A stretch of DNA of 64,000 bases from Candidatus Hydrogenedentota bacterium (lineage in GTDB: Bacteria; Hydrogenedentota; Hydrogenedentia; Hydrogenedentales; SLHB01): the NCBI GenBank assembly GCA_045863295.1, contig BTWA01000003.1, positions 115,158 through 179,157 of the forward strand. The letters are read 5' to 3'. The position numbers and the translations under genes are program-made. Positions 57,984 through 64,000 of the stretch are shown one piece after another (within the stretch, counting starts at the first letter, position 1; every line of letters begins with the position of its first letter). The notes under the pieces are model-generated. The model saw only the letters and a program-made list of their open reading frames with translations, ran no database searches and was not told where the DNA came from.

Positions 57984-59513
57984 CTACCTCAATTTCAATG
58001 TCGCAAGACTCATCAACGCAAACAATACCGCCAGAATCCAGAAGCGGATGGTCACTTTGGTTTCGGACCAACCCAAAAGTTCAAAATGGTGATGAAGAGG
58101 CGCCATACGGAAAATCCGTTTCTTGCGCAATTTGTACGATGCCACCTGCAGTATCACGCTCCCAGCTTCCATCACAAACAACCCACCCACGACAATCAGC
58201 AGCAACTCCTGCTTCGTCAAAATCGCCATCGTGCCGATGGCGCCGCCCAGCGCCAGCGAACCCGTATCGCCCATGAACACTTCCGCCGGGTGTGAATTGA
58301 ACCAGAGAAAACCCAGCCCGGCGCCCAGCAGCGCCGCGCCAAACACGGTGAGTTCGGTGGCTTCGGGCACATGGATCAAAAACAAATAGGAGGACCAATC
58401 CGCGCGGCTGACGACATAGGCAATGGCCGTGTATGCCATGATGGATACCAGAGACGCCCCAATGGCCAGCCCATCCAAGCCGTCCGTCAAATTCACGGCA
58501 TTCGATGACCCCACCACAATCACCATGACAAACAGGGCGTAGCCAATGCTCAACGGAATCAAAACCATCTTAAGGCCCGGAATCTCCAGCTTCGTGTGCA
58601 GACCCGGATCGAATGGCAGGATTATCGACGGAAACACGTCTTCCATCAGAATGCGATTGATCTGAACCCGCCGCCAGGCCGGCAAATCATCGCCTCCAGC
58701 CACCAACTCGGACACGGCTTGGGCATCGGTCGTGATGCCCGACCATGACTCTTCGCTGTAAAACGCGGGGGAACTCAATGCGTTGTTCACTGCACGCAAC
58801 ACGTCTTCACGATTGGTATTGTATTCTTCCGCGACGGCGGCCGCGGTATGAACCGTTGACGCTCCCGAGTCCGAATTGGGTTCAAGCGCCGGCTCCGCCC
58901 CTTGTGAGGGTCTCACGTAGTTGTCATGAACCAATGCAGCGATGTGCGATTGAGCGCCGTTCGAGGGCTGCGACAGGGCCTCGGTAAATTCGCGCCAATC
59001 CGAGACATCCCTGAGTGAAAGGTGACCCTGGCCATTGGTTATCGGCTCGGAAAAGGTAAGGTACAATCCGAGCGCGAGGCCAATTACGATCTGTCCGGCG
59101 AACTTGCCTTTGGCGGTCAACCCCAAATTCCGTTTCTTCCGCAAGGCCAGATAGTCGTCCAAGAACCCAATCAACCCCAGGGCGCTCAGCATCAACACGG
59201 ATATGATGAGCAACCGGTTGGAAAAGCGGCCCCACAAAAACAGCGCAAATACCGTCGATGTTATAATCAGCGCGCCGCCCATGGTGGGTGTACCGGCCTT
59301 GCCCTTGTGCAATGCATGCAAGTCGGCCACGTGTTCCTGACGGATAAATTGTCCGAATTTTACCGCACGCAGCCACCGGATCATCGCGGGTCCGGCCAAA
59401 AGCGAAATCAAAAAAGCCGTCACAGCCGCCCCGCCGGATCGCACGGTCAAATACGTAAACAAATTGAGTATCGCAAGATCAGGGGTCAGCCATTCCGACA
59501 AATAATAAAACAT
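57984..59513 (-). CDS. mraY: Phospho-N-acetylmuramoyl-pentapeptide transferase carrying a ~140-aa periplasmic-loop insertion
   Basis: KAGTPTMGG, DDYLALRK, NAVNLTDGLDGLA, GDTGSL and HHHFEL motifs are all present. The protein is 509 aa versus about 360 typical. The extra segment lies between the TM after DDxxxK and the TM before NAVNLTDG. Confidence 0.85.
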   Translation of the reverse strand: MFYYLSEWLTPDLAILNLFTYLTVRSGGAAVTAFLISLLAGPAMIRWLRAVKFGQFIRQEHVADLHALHKGKAGTPTMGGALIITSTVFALFLWGRFSNRLLIISVLMLSALGLIGFLDDYLALRKKRNLGLTAKGKFAGQIVIGLALGLYLTFSEPITNGQGHLSLRDVSDWREFTEALSQPSNGAQSHIAALVHDNYVRPSQGAEPALEPNSDSGASTVHTAAAVAEEYNTNREDVLRAVNNALSSPAFYSEESWSGITTDAQAVSELVAGGDDLPAWRRVQINRILMEDVFPSIILPFDPGLHTKLEIPGLKMVLIPLSIGYALFVMVIVVGSSNAVNLTDGLDGLAIGASLVSIMAYTAIAYVVSRADWSSYLFLIHVPEATELTVFGAALLGAGLGFLWFNSHPAEVFMGDTGSLALGGAIGTMAILTKQELLLIVVGGLFVMEAGSVILQVASYKLRKKRIFRMAPLHHHFELLGWSETKVTIRFWILAVLFALMSLATLKLR

Positions 59514-59539
59514 GGTCTCTCAAATTGGGTTGAGTGCGA

Positions 59540-60889
59540 TTATGTCCGTGAAATCCGGGCGCGCAATGCCTCGATAACGCGCTCCATTCGCATCCCTCGC
59601 GACCCTTTTACCAGCAGTCGGTCGCCAGGTTTCAAAACATCATGAAGGGCATCGGCCAGGGCTTCGTGAGTGTCGAAGGTTTGAGCGTGGGGACATCCCG
59701 CCACACGGGCACCCTCGATCGTAGCATACGCAAACGGACCATACGCAAATAGACACATCACGCCGGAACGGCCCGCTTTTTCGCCGATTTGGCGGTGCAT
59801 GGCCTCCGCGTCGGGTCCCAGTTCGAGCATATCTCCAAGCGCCGCCAGCCGCTGGCCACCACCTGGACGCGCCGCCAATCCATCCAGCGCCGCCGCCACG
59901 CTCAGCGGGCTCGCGTTGTAAGTGTCGTCGATGACTTCTATACCGCCGATATCGAGCCGCTTGAATCGCGCGGGATCGCTTGTGGCTTTCTCCAGTGCCT
60001 CCTGGAACTCGGTCACGCCATGCCGCAACCCCACCGCGACTGCAAGCAGTACGTTGGAGATATGCGAAGGGCTCGGTAGCATCAACTCCAATTCGCCGAT
60101 AGGGTCGACCGTCAGTCGAAGTGCCCCCGCGTCCGTGTATTCCCACGATGTCGCGTTGACCGCGCCCCCCGGTCCAAATCCTATCTTCTCTCCCGAGAAC
60201 CGTTCAGCGATTTGCACACACCAAGGGTCGCCTGTGTTCACGTAGAACACGCCGTCTGGAGGCAACGCCTCGGCTATTTCCCCTTTGGTGCGGGCAATGT
60301 TTTCGATGGAACCAAACCCGGCGAGATGCACGGGAGCCACCAACGTGACGGCGGACTCCGTGGGCCTCGAAAGCGCGCATAGCTCCGCGATATTTCCCGT
60401 ATTGGCGGCGCCCATCTCAATGATCGCCGCATCGGTCGCGGCGTCAATTTGCAGTAACGATAATGGACACCCCACTTCGTTATTCAGATTGCCCTGAGTT
60501 TTGACAACCGTCAGGCGAGTACCCAACACCGCGGAAACCAAATCCTTGGATGTCGTTTTTCCGCACGATCCGGTCAGGCCAAACACGAGAGGGTGATGGC
60601 GCATCCGGTGACAGTGAGCAAATCGCTGCAAGGCGGCCTGAGCATTGTCTACAATCACGCACGGACCGCCGCTGAGCCTGGAACTCGCCACCACGGCAAC
60701 GGCACCCTTGGAGAACGCCTCCGCGGCAAAGGCTTCGCCGTCGAAGTTCGGGCCCCGCAACGCAAAGAATACTTGCCCGGACTGCAACTTTCGGGTATCT
60801 GTGGAAACAGACGAAAAAGTCGCAATGGATCCGGTGGAAACTCCTCCCGCCATCGCGGCCAATTCATCGACTGTATACGACCAACCCAA
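59540..60889 (-). CDS. murF: UDP-N-acetylmuramoyl-tripeptide--D-alanyl-D-alanine ligase
   Basis: GLTGSCGKTTSKD P-loop. Mur ligase three-domain length. Confidence 0.8.
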   Translation of the reverse strand: MGWSYTVDELAAMAGGVSTGSIATFSSVSTDTRKLQSGQVFFALRGPNFDGEAFAAEAFSKGAVAVVASSRLSGGPCVIVDNAQAALQRFAHCHRMRHHPLVFGLTGSCGKTTSKDLVSAVLGTRLTVVKTQGNLNNEVGCPLSLLQIDAATDAAIIEMGAANTGNIAELCALSRPTESAVTLVAPVHLAGFGSIENIARTKGEIAEALPPDGVFYVNTGDPWCVQIAERFSGEKIGFGPGGAVNATSWEYTDAGALRLTVDPIGELELMLPSPSHISNVLLAVAVGLRHGVTEFQEALEKATSDPARFKRLDIGGIEVIDDTYNASPLSVAAALDGLAARPGGGQRLAALGDMLELGPDAEAMHRQIGEKAGRSGVMCLFAYGPFAYATIEGARVAGCPHAQTFDTHEALADALHDVLKPGDRLLVKGSRGMRMERVIEALRARISRT

Positions 60890-60891
60890 TG

Positions 60892-62358
60892 TCAGTGTCC
60901 CTGTATCACCGCGATCGCTTCCTCGCGATCGTCGAAGTGCAACTTGGTAGAACCCAAAATCTGGTAATTCTCATGACCTTTGCCCGCAATCAAAACGAGA
61001 TCGCCCGGCCGCGCGCGCGCAATCGCCTCGCGAATCGCTTCGCGCCGATCCACGATCGTCAGGTACTCCTGGTATTTGCTCTTGCCGCTTTGCTGCATGC
61101 CCACTTCTATATCGAGTACGATGGTTTCCGGATCCTCGGTGCGCGGATTGTCCGAAGTGATGATGGCAAAATCGGAAAGCTCACCGGCGACCTTGCCCAT
61201 CTTGGGGCGCTTGCCCTTGTCCCGGTCACCCCCGCAGCCAAACACAACAATGACCCGGCCGCGACACACGCCGCGGGCCGCAAGCAAAACGTTGCGAAGT
61301 CCGTCGTCGGTATGGGCGTAGTCCACCACAATCTTGAACGGCTGACCGGCATTCACCGCGTCAAATCGGCCAGGCACCCGATCAAATGTTCGAATGCCGT
61401 TCTCCACCTGCTCCAAGCCAACACCTTGACCCAGACTGAGCGCAATAGCGCACAAAGCGTTGGATACGTTATGTTGACCAAGCAATCGAAGCTCGATTGA
61501 GGCCTGACCCCAAGGCGACTCCAGCATAAAACGGGTGGCATCTTCGCCATATTTCACATTGACAGCCCGGCAATCGCCGCCCGCCCCGTACGTGTAACAG
61601 GGCACGCGCGACGCGCGAATAAACACATCGGCGCTGGGGTCTTCGCGGTTCACCACCGTAAACCGGTCCCCGCCTTCCATTCCTTCAAATAGAAGTAGTT
61701 TGGCCTTCAAATACGCTTCCATGTTGCCATGATAGTCAAGGTGATCCTGGGTCAGATTGGTAAAAGCAGCGGCGGAAAAATGAATACCCGCCACGCGATG
61801 TTGCTCCAAAGCGATCGAACTCACTTCCATCACCGCATGCGTGACGCCAGCCGCTCGGGCTTCCGCGAAAAATGCCGCCAGGTCCTCGCCCATGGGCGTC
61901 GTGAGCAGAGCCTCCCGGCGTTCCCCCGCGATCTCCTGCCAGACGGTTCCGGCGAACGCCGTCGAGTAACCCGCCGCACCCAGCACATGCTGTGCCATGA
62001 GCGCGGTGCTGGTCTTCCCGTTGGTGCCCGTGATGCCCGAAACCCGAACAGCCTGCGTAGGATGAGAAACGATCGCGTGCGCCAACAAGCCCAGCGCCTG
62101 CCGGGGATGCGGGTGAAAGAAATAGGGAAGGCCACAAAACTCGGCCAACCCCGATCGCGCGCCCAGGATTGCCACCGCGCCACGTTGAGCGGCGTCCGCC
62201 GCAAATTCGTGCCCATCCACCCGGGTTCCTTGCGCCGCGACAAACACCGTACCCGGACGGACACGGTCCGACCGCTCCGTCACGCCGGTTACTTCGGCGT
62301 CGGATCCACAAACGCCTTCACAGCGTAGAAGCAGGGGCAACTGGCGCAGGGTTATCAT
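60892..62358 (-). CDS. murE: UDP-N-acetylmuramoyl-L-alanyl-D-glutamate--2,6-diaminopimelate ligase
   Basis: GITGTNGKTSTA P-loop and DNPR motif near the C-terminus (SDNPRTEDP). Confidence 0.85.
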   Translation of the reverse strand: MITLRQLPLLLRCEGVCGSDAEVTGVTERSDRVRPGTVFVAAQGTRVDGHEFAADAAQRGAVAILGARSGLAEFCGLPYFFHPHPRQALGLLAHAIVSHPTQAVRVSGITGTNGKTSTALMAQHVLGAAGYSTAFAGTVWQEIAGERREALLTTPMGEDLAAFFAEARAAGVTHAVMEVSSIALEQHRVAGIHFSAAAFTNLTQDHLDYHGNMEAYLKAKLLLFEGMEGGDRFTVVNREDPSADVFIRASRVPCYTYGAGGDCRAVNVKYGEDATRFMLESPWGQASIELRLLGQHNVSNALCAIALSLGQGVGLEQVENGIRTFDRVPGRFDAVNAGQPFKIVVDYAHTDDGLRNVLLAARGVCRGRVIVVFGCGGDRDKGKRPKMGKVAGELSDFAIITSDNPRTEDPETIVLDIEVGMQQSGKSKYQEYLTIVDRREAIREAIARARPGDLVLIAGKGHENYQILGSTKLHFDDREEAIAVIQGH

Positions 62359-64000
62359 GATGTTCCGTACGCTTGCTCGAAAATATCAACCGGCACAGGC
62401 GCACATCCTTCAACGGCGCTCCGGCGGGGGGATCCTGGGCAATAAGCCAACCCGTTCCTTGCACATCCCAGCGCAGGCCGGTGGGCACAAGCCGTTCCCA
62501 CACCTGCTGCTTGGTCAGGCCGCGCAGATCCGGCATCACGCCCACCTCTGCGCGCTGCAACTCTTCGGCCACTTCGGGGGAAAGGAATGCCAGACTGTCG
62601 TTTAACGTCGATTCCAGCAACTCCTCCTCCATCCGGGCAACCATCGCATCCGGATCCTCGATCGCGGGTTCGGCGGGCACTTGCACCTCTGCAGGCACGG
62701 TCGGCGCATTGGGAAGTGAAGCCAACTGCACAGGCGCGGGCGCTTCCTTTTCCTGAAATTCTTCTTCCATCGGATCTTCAGGCACCGCCAACCGGATAAG
62801 TGCCTCGCGGACAACCTCTTTAAATATCGGCCCGCAAACATAACCGCCGTAATGGCTCTTACCTTGCGGATTGTGCACCACGATGACGGTCGCAATTCGA
62901 GGCGACGTCACCGGAGCGAAGCCGGCAAACACCGAGTTATACCGGTCGCGGTAATAGCCGCCCGTTTCCAGGTTCGCTATCTGCGCCGTACCCGTCTTGC
63001 CGCCTACGCGGTATTCCGGAATCCGCGCGTATTTGCCCGTGCCGTGAGTAACCACCTGATAACACAATTCCCGCATGGTGTCGGAAGTTTCCTGCGACAT
63101 GATCCGGGTAAATTCTTTCGACTCGCGTTGAAATGTAATCTGGCCGTCCTTGTTCACCGCGCGCGTCACCAGATGCGGCTCGACCAGATATCCGCCGTTG
63201 GCAATCGCGCTGAACGCGCGTCCCAGTTGGAGCATTGTCACCGCTATCTCCTGCCCTATCGGTAACGAAATCGGAGACAGTTTGGACCATTGTTTCTTTG
63301 GCCGGTAAATACCAGGGCTTTCCGCCGGAAGATCTTTACAGGTGCGCTGGCCGAAGCCAAACCGCTGGATCCACTCATTCAACACTTCCGGACCCAGGCG
63401 ATCAGCCACTTTGATAATGCCAATGTTGCTGGATTCCGCAAAGCATTCGGCAAACGTGACCACATTCATCTTGTGTACGTCTTTAATCAACCGGCGGCCG
63501 GCAAACACATATTGGCCGCCTTCGCAGTTTACCGTGGAGTCCAGGGTTACCGCGCCGGTTTCCAAAGCTGCCGCCGCCGTCACGATCTTGAACGCCGATC
63601 CCGGCTCAAATACATCCGTGATCGCGCGGTTTTTTCGTAACTCCGGTGTATATTCGTTAAACACATTTGGGTCGAAGGCGGGAAGACTGGCCAACGCCAG
63701 AATTGCTCCGGTGTGGACATCCATGATGATGCCCATGGCACGCGTCGCTTCGTTCTCTTCCATGGCCTTCTCAAGGGATCGCTCCAGCCCATGCTGAATC
63801 GCCTTGTCCAGCGTCAAATGAATGTCGTCGCCGCCTTCGGGCGCCACGTATTCGAGTGTTTGTGAATTCAAAAGATTGCGATCGCGATCAACCCGCGCTT
63901 TGTGGCGTCCGTCCACGCTGTGGAGGTATTTGTGATAAACCGCCTCCACGCCTTCCACGCCCACCTGTTCCCGGTTCACATAGCCAAGCACATGCGAAGC
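62318..64000 (-). CDS. ftsI: Penicillin-binding protein transpeptidase (FtsI-like) with a C-terminal PASTA domain. Partial: the 5' end lies beyond the window.
   Basis: SxxK-region context, SxN and KTG motifs (GGKTGTA). C-terminal PASTA-like segment. The ORF is open to the window edge. Confidence 0.8.
   Translation of the reverse strand, partial: ASHVLGYVNREQVGVEGVEAVYHKYLHSVDGRHKARVDRDRNLLNSQTLEYVAPEGGDDIHLTLDKAIQHGLERSLEKAMEENEATRAMGIIMDVHTGAILALASLPAFDPNVFNEYTPELRKNRAITDVFEPGSAFKIVTAAAALETGAVTLDSTVNCEGGQYVFAGRRLIKDVHKMNVVTFAECFAESSNIGIIKVADRLGPEVLNEWIQRFGFGQRTCKDLPAESPGIYRPKKQWSKLSPISLPIGQEIAVTMLQLGRAFSAIANGGYLVEPHLVTRAVNKDGQITFQRESKEFTRIMSQETSDTMRELCYQVVTHGTGKYARIPEYRVGGKTGTAQIANLETGGYYRDRYNSVFAGFAPVTSPRIATVIVVHNPQGKSHYGGYVCGPIFKEVVREALIRLAVPEDPMEEEFQEKEAPAPVQLASLPNAPTVPAEVQVPAEPAIEDPDAMVARMEEELLESTLNDSLAFLSPEVAEELQRAEVGVMPDLRGLTKQQVWERLVPTGLRWDVQGTGWLIAQDPPAGAPLKDVRLCRLIFSSKRTEHHDNPAPVAPASTL

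Overview
This is a 64 kb chromosomal segment with about 59% GC and dense coding (around 60 genes), most of it on the minus strand. The gene content points to a Planctomycetota-type genome. It carries a DUF1501 plus PSD1 (PSCyt1/DUF1549/DUF1553) gene pair, a DUF1559 H-X9-DG protein and three planctomycete-type CxxCH cytochrome domains. Its dcw cell-wall cluster (ftsI-murE-murF-mraY-murD-ftsW-murG) ends at murG with no ftsQAZ after it. The left third holds a sugar/lipid-type metabolic block (PHP-like hydrolase, G1PDH-like dehydrogenase, PhyH dioxygenase, ROK kinase, Gfo/Idh/MocA oxidoreductase, glgC). It also holds a tightly coupled glycan-biosynthesis operon (three GT2 genes, an Alg14/Alg13 pair, DUF2304) with a secreted PHP-domain metallohydrolase embedded in it. 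The middle carries one tRNA-Arg(CCT), arfB, rfbA, a MarR plus DUF1398-like operon, and a decayed hicAB cassette (intact hicB antitoxin, hicA toxin disrupted by a frameshift and a stop) flanked by ~20-nt direct repeats. Downstream are a BON protein, an ABC ATPase with a large membrane partner, and a flotillin-NfeD pair. The most unusual block (33.6-44.7 kb) contains two paralogous large secreted proteins of unknown function, an isolated GT2, and a NUDIX-MBL fusion. It ends with two tandem paralogous three-domain proteins (redoxin-like, then planctomycete cytochrome c, then a PHM/DBH-like type-II copper monooxygenase). These look like a self-contained and apparently undescribed periplasmic copper monooxygenase system. 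Other notable points are a ~140-aa periplasmic insertion in MraY, a 235-nt nested inverted-repeat element downstream of rfbA, and nine ATGA stop/start overlaps. A 51-aa ORF with a perfect RBS and a minus-strand gene fragment at the window start are both missing from the supplied ORF track. No rRNA, CRISPR array, transposase or integrase was found.
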